The translations under genes and the position numbers were made by a program. A stretch of 56,427 bases of DNA. Origin: a candidate division WOR-3 bacterium (GTDB lineage: Bacteria > Hydrothermota > Tepidihabitantia > Tepidihabitantales > CAIPLT01). Under the pieces are notes generated by a model that saw only the letters and a list, made by a program, of their open reading frames with translations, made no database searches and was not told the origin of the DNA. The stretch spans positions 16,538 to 72,964 of the forward strand of contig CBFGJZ010000004.1 in the NCBI GenBank assembly GCA_965649215.1. Direction: 5' to 3'. This document shows positions 32,645-44,011 of this stretch, piece after piece (the first letter of the stretch is position 1; every line of letters begins with the position of its first letter).

Positions 32645-33976
32645 TCAAGACTTACGCACAACTTTAATATGAATATCATTGCCTTCAAAACCAAAATAAT
32701 TCCGAATTTCATTGGCAACAAATCGAAGGTAAGACTCTTTGACATCTTGAGGCAGGTTAGTGACCAAATCAAATTTCGGTGGTAAAACACCCTTCTGCTT
32801 AAGATAGAGATATTTTATCCGATGCGATGGTAAATTTGCATGTAATTTGGGCAATACCGTTTGTGCCAATATATCATCGCTAATTTTCTTTAGACCCTCC
32901 TCATACACATCAAGACCTTTTCTAACAATCTCAACAACTCCTTGCTTTTTTAGAGCCGAGATTAATAAAACTGGAATAAAATTAAAATTACGCAAGGCGA
33001 CTTTGGTATTATTAAGCAGGTATTTGCGCTCATCTTTCGCAATTAAGTCAATCTTATTAATCCCAATCACTATTGCCTTACCTTTTCGTAAAACCAAATC
33101 GATAATTGCTTTGTCCTGTCGGGTTAATGGATTAGGTGGATAATTATCCGTCTTAGCATCTAATAACAAAATTATAACGTCTGCTTTCGGAATATATCTA
33201 ATTACCCTTTGAATACTAAAATACTCAATTTGCTTATTAATCTTTGATTTTTTACGTAAACCAGCAGTATCAATGATACGAAAATGTTGATTATCAAAGA
33301 TAAATTCTTCTTCAATTGCATCACGGGTTGTACCTGCTTGTTCACTGACGATTACCCGTTCTTCTGTCAAAATCGCATTCACAAGCATTGACTTCCCAAC
33401 ATTTGGCCGTCCGATGATTAGGAGATTAAGTTTATCATTCTCTTTTGTAATCTCTTCTTTTGGTTTAACTGCAACCGCTAACTTACTAATTACTAAATCT
33501 AATAATTCAGCGACATTTTGACCGTGTTCAGCAGAAATTTCAATTAAATCTTTTGCTCCGAATTTATAAAACTCAGAAAGATTATCTTTGCTCTCTTTAC
33601 GGTCAATTTTATTAATTGCCACAATATAAGGTTTATTCACTTTACGCAACCACTCGTTAATTGTATAATCATCCAAAGTCGGCATTGCTGATCCATCAAC
33701 TAAAAAGATTATAACATCTGCTTCCAACACTGCTTTTTTAATCTGTTCATTAACTTTTTTTGCTATCTCTGATTTATCTTTACTCACAAAACCACCAGTA
33801 TCCGTTAAAAGAAATTCAATACCCTGCCAGTCGGTTTTGATACGAATACGATCACGAGTTGTCCCGCTCTCTTTTGTAGTTATCGCAATACGTCGGCGTA
33901 CAATCCGATTAAAAAGCGTTGACTTACCAACATTCGGTTTGCCGACTATAACCACATTTGCTTGTTTATCACTCAT
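32645..33976 (-). CDS. der: Ribosome-associated GTPase Der (EngA), tandem GTPase domains plus KH-like C-terminus
   Basis: Two G1 motifs GKPNVGKSTLFN and GRPNVGKSMLVN, DTGG/DTAG, NKID x2. Confidence 0.95.
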   Translation of the reverse strand: MSDKQANVVIVGKPNVGKSTLFNRIVRRRIAITTKESGTTRDRIRIKTDWQGIEFLLTDTGGFVSKDKSEIAKKVNEQIKKAVLEADVIIFLVDGSAMPTLDDYTINEWLRKVNKPYIVAINKIDRKESKDNLSEFYKFGAKDLIEISAEHGQNVAELLDLVISKLAVAVKPKEEITKENDKLNLLIIGRPNVGKSMLVNAILTEERVIVSEQAGTTRDAIEEEFIFDNQHFRIIDTAGLRKKSKINKQIEYFSIQRVIRYIPKADVIILLLDAKTDNYPPNPLTRQDKAIIDLVLRKGKAIVIGINKIDLIAKDERKYLLNNTKVALRNFNFIPVLLISALKKQGVVEIVRKGLDVYEEGLKKISDDILAQTVLPKLHANLPSHRIKYLYLKQKGVLPPKFDLVTNLPQDVKESYLRFVANEIRNYFGFEGNDIHIKVVRKS

Positions 33977-34060
33977 CTTTTCCTAAAATTCTTGTATTTA
34001 AGTATGTTAATACTTCATTTTAGTATGAGACTATTTATAATTATGGGTGTTAGATTTTGT

Positions 34061-35218
34061 TTATGCTTTGAGTACTTCGCTTAAAGCCCTAATCAACCTT
34101 TTGTTTTCAGCGGGAGTCCCGATACTTATGCGCAAAGCATTTGGAAAACCATATTCCTTAATTGTTCGAGTAATCACACCTCTTTTTTGAAGTTCGTCAA
34201 AAATGAGTTGGGAATCAGTAGCAAAATTAACAAAAATAAAATTCGCATAACTTTCTAAAAAGAAGAGATTTAATTTCCGCAGTTCTTTATATAAATAACG
34301 TTTGCCAATCTCGTTAACTTTGCGACTTCGTTTAATGTGGGTAACATCATCAAGTGCAGCAATTGCTCCAATTTGAGCGATACGGGAAGCATTAAATGGT
34401 GTTCGCACTTTCATTAACGCATTAATAATCTCTGGTTTACTTATTCCATAACCGATCCGAAGACCTGCTAATCCGTGAATCTTTGAGAAAGTTCTTAAAA
34501 TCAAAACATTCTTACCTTCATTTAGAAATTTAAAGGAATCAGGATAATCCTTTGTTGTAATATAATCATAATAAGCTTCATCAATAATAACTAATATATA
34601 ATCAGGCACTTTGGCCAAAAATTTCTCTAAGTCTTTATGCATAAAAGCCGTGCCTAATGGATTTATTGGGTTGTCGAGATAAATAATTTTGGTCTGAGGA
34701 GTAATAGCACTTGCCATACGGTCTAAATCATGACAATAATCTTTAAGCGGTATTTCTTGAATTACACTACCCATCACTTCAGTTCCAATCTTGGCCATTA
34801 AGAACGAACCACTACTGCGCATTAAACGCTCATATGGATTCAGATAACTTAAACAGGCAAAATATATTAATTCCACTGAACCATTTCCAATGATGATATT
34901 GTCCAAATTAACATTATGTTTTTCTGCTAATTTCTGTTTAAGATAAAAAGCATTATCATCAGGATAAAGATACGATTCTGATAATGCTTTCTGCATTGCG
35001 TGGAGTGCTTTTGGTGATGTGCCGAGCGGATTTTCATTAGATGCTAATTTAATCACTTTGCCTGTCAATTTCAACTCTCTTATCACTTCTTCAATTGGTT
35101 TTCCTGGTTTATATGGTTTTATACTTGCTAAATTTGGTCGAGCAAGAGGTTCGATTGGATTTTCGCCTTTAGGCATTTCGGGTTTTATGCCAAAACTATC
35201 TGTTTTTTCAATTTTCAT
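34061..35218 (-). CDS. hisC: Histidinol-phosphate aminotransferase (class II PLP aminotransferase)
   Basis: LASNENPLGTSPKA, YPD.., IIDEAYYDY, and TFSKIHGLAGLRIGYG with the PLP lysine. Confidence 0.8.
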   Translation of the reverse strand: MKIEKTDSFGIKPEMPKGENPIEPLARPNLASIKPYKPGKPIEEVIRELKLTGKVIKLASNENPLGTSPKALHAMQKALSESYLYPDDNAFYLKQKLAEKHNVNLDNIIIGNGSVELIYFACLSYLNPYERLMRSSGSFLMAKIGTEVMGSVIQEIPLKDYCHDLDRMASAITPQTKIIYLDNPINPLGTAFMHKDLEKFLAKVPDYILVIIDEAYYDYITTKDYPDSFKFLNEGKNVLILRTFSKIHGLAGLRIGYGISKPEIINALMKVRTPFNASRIAQIGAIAALDDVTHIKRSRKVNEIGKRYLYKELRKLNLFFLESYANFIFVNFATDSQLIFDELQKRGVITRTIKEYGFPNALRISIGTPAENKRLIRALSEVLKA

Positions 35219-35236
35219 AATAATCCCCCTCTAATA

Positions 35237-36211
35237 TTAATTTTTTAATTTTACACTATCTTTTTTCACAAACAAAAACATAATTCCACCAATAATCCCA
35301 TATATCAAATTAACAATAAGATACAAAAGACTTACTGCAGCGGCTTGGGCCGTGGTCATGCCTTGTGCTGAAAAAAGCTCCACAAATAAATTTTCTCGTA
35401 AACCCAATCCACCAATCGTAATGGGAATCATTGTTAAGACCCCAATCACGGGAATATATAAAAAATAATAAAGCAGGGAAGTTTTAGCAGAAATACCAAT
35501 CGCGCACGCAAACCAAACGAAAGCCAAACTAAGCTGAACAAAAATCGAAAGCACAAAACTATATAGTAATTGCAGTTTGACATTGCGAAAATCTTTTATT
35601 TCTTGATAAGCTCGTTCAAACCGTGCTCCCAAATGGAATATTTTCAGATGAGCAAAAAAATACGAAAACAAACGATGTACACGATCTGAAAAGAGCGCCA
35701 ACATTATAATTAAAAGAACAATCAAGCCACTGATAACGAAGTATAGATATTGGTTAGTTCCGTTTTTAGTAATAAAAAGCAATGCGGATGCTACACAGGC
35801 AAAAAAGAAAAGACCAATAAAACCGATAAATCGATCAATTAAAGTAACCGCCACTGCCAAAGATGTTTTGCTTTGATTCGATTCCTTATCTCTTTGCACA
35901 GTATAGGCGATCCGCAAAACATCGCCGCCAACCGTGGTCGGTAAAATATTATTAAAAAACCAAGAAATAAAATAAACTTTTAATAAATAACTAAAGGAAT
36001 AGCGCAGACCCCGTACATCTAATAATAATTTCCAACGCCAATTACAAATCAACAAGAAAATAAAGAATAAAACTATTCCTAACACAAAATAGCCTAAATT
36101 AACCTGTCTCATAATTGCAAACGATGTTTTAATATCAATTTTTCGTAATAACCAGTAACAAAGAGCTAATGCGATAATAATCCGAACAAAATTAAAAAGC
36201 TTTTTGATCAC
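35237..36211 (-). CDS. UPF0104 flippase-like / lysylphosphatidylglycerol-synthase TM-region family membrane protein
   Basis: Polytopic protein. RWKLLL..., NNILPTTVGGDVLRIAY and the GGLGLRE motif are typical of this family. Its 3' end overlaps the upstream GT2 gene by 4 nt. Confidence 0.7.
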   Translation of the reverse strand: MIKKLFNFVRIIIALALCYWLLRKIDIKTSFAIMRQVNLGYFVLGIVLFFIFLLICNWRWKLLLDVRGLRYSFSYLLKVYFISWFFNNILPTTVGGDVLRIAYTVQRDKESNQSKTSLAVAVTLIDRFIGFIGLFFFACVASALLFITKNGTNQYLYFVISGLIVLLIIMLALFSDRVHRLFSYFFAHLKIFHLGARFERAYQEIKDFRNVKLQLLYSFVLSIFVQLSLAFVWFACAIGISAKTSLLYYFLYIPVIGVLTMIPITIGGLGLRENLFVELFSAQGMTTAQAAAVSLLYLIVNLIYGIIGGIMFLFVKKDSVKLKN

Positions 36212-37119
36212 TTCTGATTCTTTCTAATTGCCCTTTCTAACCGTTCAATTCGCTCGGAAATATGAGCTACTACTTCTCCAATGAACCCAAATCCAAAAAT
36301 TAATAATCCTGCTAAAATCAATAAAATTACTAAATAAAGCAATGGTCGAAACCCATGTCCCAAAAATCTTAATATCACTGCAATAACACCAATAATGAAA
36401 CCTAATAACATTGTAGAAAATCCTAATAACCCCAAATAGAACATCGGCTTCCGCATAATTCTAATTTGAAAACCCACTGCCAATAAATCAAATAAACCGA
36501 CAAAAATTCTAAACCAACTCTGATATTTAGGTTTACCAGCATGGCGGGGATAAAGATTTACTTTCAATTCAGTAATACGATACCCTTTATCAGCCGCCAA
36601 GGGCACAAGATAGCGATGCCAATCCTTACGCAAAGAAACAATATCCCACAATACTTCTTTACGAAATGCTTTCATGGCATTAATATCATGAACTTTTAAA
36701 TTAAATAATTTCCGTGCTAACATGTTATAAATTGATGAGACAAATCTCTTTTCATATTTACCTTGCTTCCAGCCAACACACATATCAGCACCTTTTTCTA
36801 ATTCATTTATAAACCTCGGAATATCTTCTGCAGCATATTGTAAATCTGCATCAAAGATAACCAAATAATCACCACTTGCTATATTTGCACCAGAAATAAT
36901 TGCCTCAGTTTTACCAAGGTTTTGGTTATGTTTTATAACCTTAATAAAATTATAATCTGCTGAAACCTTTAAAGCTATATCATAAGTTTTATCATCACTG
37001 CCATCATCCACAATAATAACTTCATAATCATTAGATAAAACTCCTTTCAAAGCCTTAATTAATGGAATTATATTATCCTCTTCATTATATGCTGGAATTA
37101 TTACAGAAGACTTATACAC
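36208..37119 (-). CDS. Family 2 glycosyltransferase, polyprenyl-phosphate sugar transferase type (GtrB/ArnC/DPM1-like) with C-terminal TM helices
   Basis: SVIIPAYNEEDNI, VIIVDDGSDDKT, GKTEAIISG, DADLQY. Two to three C-terminal hydrophobic helices. Confidence 0.8.
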   Translation of the reverse strand: MYKSSVIIPAYNEEDNIIPLIKALKGVLSNDYEVIIVDDGSDDKTYDIALKVSADYNFIKVIKHNQNLGKTEAIISGANIASGDYLVIFDADLQYAAEDIPRFINELEKGADMCVGWKQGKYEKRFVSSIYNMLARKLFNLKVHDINAMKAFRKEVLWDIVSLRKDWHRYLVPLAADKGYRITELKVNLYPRHAGKPKYQSWFRIFVGLFDLLAVGFQIRIMRKPMFYLGLLGFSTMLLGFIIGVIAVILRFLGHGFRPLLYLVILLILAGLLIFGFGFIGEVVAHISERIERLERAIRKNQK

Positions 37120-37228
37120 GAAAAATTATACATGTAAAAGAACTTTATGTCAACAGACAAAATATAAAATAATATTTTATGAATACTATATATAGTGGTG
37201 TTTATATTAAATATGCTATATGTAGGGA

Positions 37229-37543
37229 CTATAAATTACTATTTATCCATTCCAAATATTCTTTCAATCCCCTATCTATTTTGAAGACAATTATTTCTGG
37301 GAGTTCATATGGATGCATATTTTTTATCATATTTTCAATTTTTATATATTTTTTTTCTTTTGTCTTAATAATACAAATATATTCTCGAGCAATTTGCAAT
37401 TTATTTTTCCATTTATAGTAGCTTAGGATAGGACCAATAATTTGGCAGCATGCGGCTAAAGATTTTCTTACTAAAACTTCACTAATTTTTTGTAATTTAC
37501 TTTTGGTTGCAGCAGTTGTTATAACTATAATATTTCTCTCCAT
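37229..37543 (-). CDS. cutA: Divalent-cation tolerance protein CutA
   Basis: VITTAAT...A..I...LV...LAAC.QI.GPI.S.Y.W......A.E....IKT........I....HPYE.PEI pattern; 104 aa. Confidence 0.85.
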   Translation of the reverse strand: MERNIIVITTAATKSKLQKISEVLVRKSLAACCQIIGPILSYYKWKNKLQIAREYICIIKTKEKKYIKIENMIKNMHPYELPEIIVFKIDRGLKEYLEWINSNL

Positions 37544-37764
37544 CCTATCACTATAACTATTTTCTTTTCCCTGTCAAGATTACATAACCATAAACAAAAA
37601 TATGTAATTATTGGTTAATTCTTTATCTACTAATCTATATTTTGATACTAACTAAAGAATCAATATATTACTTGTTACACCTATACTAATCTTATTGACA
37701 AACTTATATTTATCTGTATGCTTACATTATATATTAAGAATTTGAATGCGGTCTAATTTCAAAG

Positions 37765-40700
37765 ATGAGAATTAAACAACTTATTTTAAATGGATTTAAA
37801 TCATTTCCAGATAAGACTGTTATTACTTTTGACCCTACGATTAATGCAATCATTGGCCCCAATGGTTGTGGTAAAACAAACATTTTAGATGGACTTCGCT
37901 GGGTAATGGGGGAATCGAGTTTTTCCCAAATGCGCTGTACTAAAACTGAAGACTTAATTTTTGCTGGCAACAAATATCGACCCGCTGTTAATTATGCAGA
38001 GGTTACTTTAATATTAGAAAATCACAACAATTATACTTCATCAGCCGATGAAACAAATAATCAAAATTTAATATCTCATCTGGCTAGTGAAATTGAAATC
38101 AAAAGGCGTTTTTTCCGATCTGGTGATTCGGAATTTTATATTAACCGCAAGTTATGTAAGTTAAAAGATATTCAAGACCTTTTTACAAGTGGTGGTGGCT
38201 CAGGACACGCTTATTCAATATTTGATTTACCAACCATGCGCCAAATTATCAGTTCCAATTTAAAAAATTTATTCATTGAAGCCGCCGGCCTTGCTTTCTA
38301 TCAAGAACGGAAAGAAGAAATTGAACGAAAACTCAAACTCACAATTGATGATTTAACTAGATTAAATGATATAATTAATGAACGTCAACGTATTGTGCGC
38401 AATCTAAAACGGCAAGCTTATCGACTTATGGCTTTTGAAAAAGTTAAAGCTGAACAGAAAAAATTAGAAGTTTTACTTTTACGATTTGAATATCAGAAGT
38501 TGATAGAAAAAGAACAAAATTTAGAAAATGAATATTCTCTCTTACAAAACCAACTTACCACTATAGCACAAGAAATATCCAACTTCGAGCAAGAAAAAAG
38601 TCAAATAAAAAAAGAGATTCAAGAAAAAGAAAATGTTAGGAATAATTTACAATCTGAGATAGCTTTAATTAAAGAACAAATTATTATCTATGAAGAACGA
38701 TTAAAAGCTAATCTCGATAAACAATCCTACATCATAAAGGAACAAGATAAAATACAAGCGCAATTTAATTTCATCTTACCCGATCAAACCAATTTAGATA
38801 TGGTTGCTACGAAACAGGAATATTTGGAAAAAATTATAACACTGCAGAAAGAAAAAGAACAGGAGTTTGAGAATCTACGTAAGTCAAATAAAGATTTAGA
38901 AAACGAAATATTTTCACTCCAATTAAAATTAGAAGAATTACAAAACAAAGATAAAGATATTTTTATTTCCTTGGCACAAATCAACTCGGAAATAAATAAG
39001 TTGCAAATGAAACTTTACGATAATCAACGATATCTTAAAACTCTTAAAGATTCTTTACAAGCATTAAGAAATTCACAAAACAAAAAAAATATAAATCAGG
39101 AATATCAAACTGCTCTTGTTAAGTTCTTAGATAAAAATTTTATTGGGTTCTTATCTGATTTAATATCGACATCACCTCAATATCAATCAGCTTTATCGTC
39201 AGTATTATTAACTTTGTTTAATGCAATAATTATTAATGAAATGGATAAAATAGAGTCAGTAAATGAACTACAATCGCTACTCAACGATAACTTTCTATCT
39301 ATTATAGATCCCAAACAATATGCAAATATCCCTAATTTAGCGGTTATTAATAATTCTGATTGTCAATCTTTGCTTAATTTTGTTAATTTTAAGTCTAATA
39401 CCCCACCTTTTTTGTCATCTTTATTTGCTTCATATTTAGTTGTTGATAACTATCAACAAATTATTTCACTTCGGCAACAGTTTCCTCAATATGCATTTGT
39501 AACGAAAACGGGAATTATTCTCAATCATGATGGAATACTCATTATCCCACCCAAAACAAATTCTGTAAATTCAAGTAATCTAAATAATCAAATTTATTCT
39601 TTAGAACAAGAAATTAGTCTTTTAGAAAGTAAAAATGTAGAGTTATTAAAAGAAATTGAAGTAAATCATAGAAATAAACAATCAAAAGAAATTGAGAAAA
39701 ACACTGTTAATGAAGAACTTAAAAAAATTCAAACATTAATTATTGAAAAACGAAAAACTAATAAAGAAAATTTAGAAAAAGCAAGTAATTTTTTATACGA
39801 ACTAAATAAACGACGAGAAGAAATAATCCAAATTCAAGCTGCAATGGCCGAAATTAAATTAACACAAAATCAGAAGCAAACATTAAGCGAAGAAAAAAAT
39901 CGTTTACTCAAAGAATTGACGGAACTAAAAAATGAAGCAAGTGTTTTACAAAATAATATCAATAATCTTAAAGCAAAATTAGCTAATCAACAACAAATCC
40001 TACAAGAACACACTCCTACTTTACTCACTGCAAGATATGATGATATCGATAAGAAGATAATTTTATTAAGATCCGACTTAGATAATATCCGACAAAAGCT
40101 TAATGCCTTGCAATATCAAAAATTAGAAATCATTACGCAACGACAAGTGATTGAAAAACAAGCTCAAGATTATTTGGAGAATGGTATTGAATTATTAAAA
40201 TCTAATGTTATCACAAAACCGATCGATGATATAAAAAAGGAATTGTCCTTAGTAAGCCGCAAAATCACCGCAATCGGTATGATTAATCCGTTAGCAAGGG
40301 ATGATTACCAAAGAGAAAAAAATGAACTGGATCGATTAACTTCTCAATATCAAGATATTGTGAAAGCACAAACTAATCTAAATCTCGCCTTAAGTGAATT
40401 AACAAAAAAAGCAGAACAGATGTTTTTAGCAACATATGATAAAGTAAAAATAAGTTTTCGTCAAATTTTTAAAGATATTTTTAGTGAAGGTGAAGCCGAC
40501 CTAATCTTGGAAACACCAACAAATCCACTCGACTCCGATATTCGCATCATTGCCCAACCAAAAGGAAAATCTCCCCGTCGGTTAGATCAACTTTCAGACG
40601 GCGAAAAAGCCCTATTAGCTTTATCGCTTTTATTTGCCTTTTATGATATAAAACCAGCACCATTTGTCTTTATGGATGAAGTTGACGCCCCGTTAGACGA

Positions 40701-40890
40701 TGCAAATGTGAAGCGTTTTACCAATTTTCTTAAACGAATAACTCAAACAACTCAGGTTATTATTATTACTCATAATAAATTGACAATTGAATCGGCAGCA
40801 GTCGTGATTGGTGTTACAACTGAAGAACCAGGGATCTCTAAAATAGTGTCGGTTCGTTTTAAAGATACTATTGCATCTGTTAAATCTTAA
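37765..40890 (+). CDS. smc: Chromosome partition protein Smc
   Basis: N-terminal Walker A GPNGCGKTNILDGLRWVMGE, long coiled coils, and a hinge near FIGFLSDLISTSPQYQSAL. C-terminal signature LSDGEKALLALSLLFA and Walker B FVFMDEVDAPLD. ftsY follows, as in many bacteria. Confidence 0.9.
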   Translation: MRIKQLILNGFKSFPDKTVITFDPTINAIIGPNGCGKTNILDGLRWVMGESSFSQMRCTKTEDLIFAGNKYRPAVNYAEVTLILENHNNYTSSADETNNQNLISHLASEIEIKRRFFRSGDSEFYINRKLCKLKDIQDLFTSGGGSGHAYSIFDLPTMRQIISSNLKNLFIEAAGLAFYQERKEEIERKLKLTIDDLTRLNDIINERQRIVRNLKRQAYRLMAFEKVKAEQKKLEVLLLRFEYQKLIEKEQNLENEYSLLQNQLTTIAQEISNFEQEKSQIKKEIQEKENVRNNLQSEIALIKEQIIIYEERLKANLDKQSYIIKEQDKIQAQFNFILPDQTNLDMVATKQEYLEKIITLQKEKEQEFENLRKSNKDLENEIFSLQLKLEELQNKDKDIFISLAQINSEINKLQMKLYDNQRYLKTLKDSLQALRNSQNKKNINQEYQTALVKFLDKNFIGFLSDLISTSPQYQSALSSVLLTLFNAIIINEMDKIESVNELQSLLNDNFLSIIDPKQYANIPNLAVINNSDCQSLLNFVNFKSNTPPFLSSLFASYLVVDNYQQIISLRQQFPQYAFVTKTGIILNHDGILIIPPKTNSVNSSNLNNQIYSLEQEISLLESKNVELLKEIEVNHRNKQSKEIEKNTVNEELKKIQTLIIEKRKTNKENLEKASNFLYELNKRREEIIQIQAAMAEIKLTQNQKQTLSEEKNRLLKELTELKNEASVLQNNINNLKAKLANQQQILQEHTPTLLTARYDDIDKKIILLRSDLDNIRQKLNALQYQKLEIITQRQVIEKQAQDYLENGIELLKSNVITKPIDDIKKELSLVSRKITAIGMINPLARDDYQREKNELDRLTSQYQDIVKAQTNLNLALSELTKKAEQMFLATYDKVKISFRQIFKDIFSEGEADLILETPTNPLDSDIRIIAQPKGKSPRRLDQLSDGEKALLALSLLFAFYDIKPAPFVFMDEVDAPLDDANVKRFTNFLKRITQTTQVIIITHNKLTIESAAVVIGVTTEEPGISKIVSVRFKDTIASVKS

Positions 40891-40934
40891 AATCTTTGAA
40901 TTAACCTAAGAAATCGAATAAAATATATGGCAAG

Positions 40935-41822
40935 ATGATTTCCTTTCTTAATAAACTTGTAAATGCTTTATCTAATACCCGTAGCCTTTTCTCGAAAGCG
41001 ATAAGCAGTGAAGATATTTATCAAATCGAAGAAGCGTTACTTATTTCTGACGTCGGGGTAAAAAGTACTCATTATATTATCGAACAGTTAAAAAAGATCC
41101 ATTCTCGAAATCAATCACATAAAGAAACTTTGAAATCAATACTACGCAATATTTTGATTGAATCGCAAAAATCAATCAATTTGAATTTTGATAAGAACTC
41201 TTCTATTGAGCTACCGCAAATTATAATGTTTGTAGGTACACCAGGTTCGGGTAAGACAACAACGATTGCTAAATTGTCTTATTGGTTTTACAAACAAGGA
41301 AAAAGAATTATTATTTCTGCTTCTGATACTTATCGAGCAGCTGCTGCTTCTCAACTTGAAATTTGGGCAAAGCGAGCCCATGCCGATCTTGTGTTTTCAC
41401 AAACTAAGCAAGATGCTGCTGCAGTAACTTATGATACTATTAATAAAGCCATCGCAAATAAATTAGATATGGTTTTTATTGATACGGCAGGTCGTTTACA
41501 TACTCGAAAAGACTTAATGGAAGAAGCCCAAAAAATTAAAAGAATTTGCCAAAAATTTCGTAGTAACGCACCTGATAATATATATTTAGTTTTAGATGCA
41601 AATAACGGACAAAATGGAATCGAACAAGCAAAAACTTTTCATGAACAACTCCATTTAACAGGTCTAATTATCACTAAGTTAGATAGCACTGCTAAGGGTG
41701 GTATTATAATACCAATTGCCTTAGAGCTAAAATTACCGATTCAATATATAGGAATTGGCGAAAATCTCGAAGATATTGAAGTGTTTAATATTGATAATTA
41801 TATTAACGCTTTATTGGCGTAA
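40935..41822 (+). CDS. ftsY: Signal recognition particle receptor FtsY (NG domain only)
   Basis: GTPGSGKTTTIAKL, DTAGRLH, TKLDSTAKGG. Confidence 0.9.
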   Translation: MISFLNKLVNALSNTRSLFSKAISSEDIYQIEEALLISDVGVKSTHYIIEQLKKIHSRNQSHKETLKSILRNILIESQKSINLNFDKNSSIELPQIIMFVGTPGSGKTTTIAKLSYWFYKQGKRIIISASDTYRAAAASQLEIWAKRAHADLVFSQTKQDAAAVTYDTINKAIANKLDMVFIDTAGRLHTRKDLMEEAQKIKRICQKFRSNAPDNIYLVLDANNGQNGIEQAKTFHEQLHLTGLIITKLDSTAKGGIIIPIALELKLPIQYIGIGENLEDIEVFNIDNYINALLA

Positions 41823-41882
41823 TTCCATATAAAATTTCTTTTCATTCTTTTTTAATCGAACTACTATCGAATAAAATAGTTC

Positions 41883-43004
<1,122 letters not shown>

Positions 43005-43030
43005 TTATCTTTAAGACCACACTAAATATA

Positions 43031-44011
43031 TTACCCCAATTCTAATTCAGAAAACGCACCAAGATTCACATGATGTGCCCGAGCACGAATTACAGCACTT
43101 TCGCTTACAATAGAGCTTTCTAGCAAACAATTTTCAACATAAGCACGTTGATTGATAATCGAGTCACTAATAATAGAATTTCTAATTTCTGCTTCTGCAC
43201 CAATTGATACAAATGGACCAATTACTGAATCTTCAATCATAACTGAATCGTCGACATAAACAGGTGGTATAATAACAACTTTTTCTCGTGGTTTAAAATA
43301 ATGTGTAGTTTGCAACAGATAACGGTTGGTTGCGATCAATGCTTCTGGTGTTCCACAATCAAGCCAATATTCAACAGGAAAAGTTTTAATTTTTTCATTG
43401 GCGTCAATCATTTCTTGAATCGCGTCCGAAAGTTGATATTCGCCACGAGTTTTTCGGTCTTCTTTGATTATCTTTTGTAGGCTTTCAAATAACAACTCTG
43501 AATTTACAAAATAATAAACACCGACAATCGCTAAATTACTTTTCGGTTCGATCGGTTTCTCAACAATTTTGATTATATACCCATTAGCGGTTTCAACGAC
43601 ACCAAATCTTCTAGGATCGTCGACTTTTTTAACACCAATATAGTTTTCTTTCCCAATCAAATCAGCTAAATTAATATCAACAATCGTATCGCCAAGTAAA
43701 ATTAGAACCGGGCTTTTTGTTTTGATAAAATATTCGCTAACCCGACTTACTGCATCCCCTAAACCTTTGGGGTCTTTCTGCTCGACAAAAGTAAATTTTA
43801 AATTATAATTATTACGTAAATACTTTTCAATCTGTTCACCTTGAACACCAACTATTACAAAAACTTCATCAGGATTAATTTCGATGAGTCGATCCATAAT
43901 ATGCCCAATAATAGGTTTTCCCGCAACATTAAGTAAAACTTTAGGCGTCGTGTGGGTATGTGGTTTTAAACGACGCCCTTCTCCTGCTGCAGGAATAATT
44001 ACTTTAAACAT
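43031..44011 (-). CDS. Sugar-1-phosphate nucleotidyltransferase with C-terminal left-handed beta-helix
   Basis: IIPAAGEGRRLKPHTHTTPKVLLNVAGKPII (the G.G.RL.P signature). C-terminal hexapeptide-like repeats (IEDSVIGPFVSIGAEAEIRNSIISDSII). Confidence 0.8.
   Translation of the reverse strand: MFKVIIPAAGEGRRLKPHTHTTPKVLLNVAGKPIIGHIMDRLIEINPDEVFVIVGVQGEQIEKYLRNNYNLKFTFVEQKDPKGLGDAVSRVSEYFIKTKSPVLILLGDTIVDINLADLIGKENYIGVKKVDDPRRFGVVETANGYIIKIVEKPIEPKSNLAIVGVYYFVNSELLFESLQKIIKEDRKTRGEYQLSDAIQEMIDANEKIKTFPVEYWLDCGTPEALIATNRYLLQTTHYFKPREKVVIIPPVYVDDSVMIEDSVIGPFVSIGAEAEIRNSIISDSIINQRAYVENCLLESSIVSESAVIRARAHHVNLGAFSELELG

Noticed and set aside
32590-32790. 66-aa minus-strand ORF overlapping the 3' end of der
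   Set aside because: It is out of frame with, and overlapped by, the complete der gene, and it has no SD or motif.
37179-37418. 79-aa plus-strand ORF
   Set aside because: It is antisense to, and largely contained within, the well-supported cutA gene (37229-37543). Its product is a low-complexity Ile/Phe/Ser-rich sequence.
40927-40938. ATG at 40927 as an alternative ftsY start
   Set aside because: It is out of frame and terminates after three codons (ATG GCA AGA TGA). The ATG at 40935 opens the full NG-domain frame.
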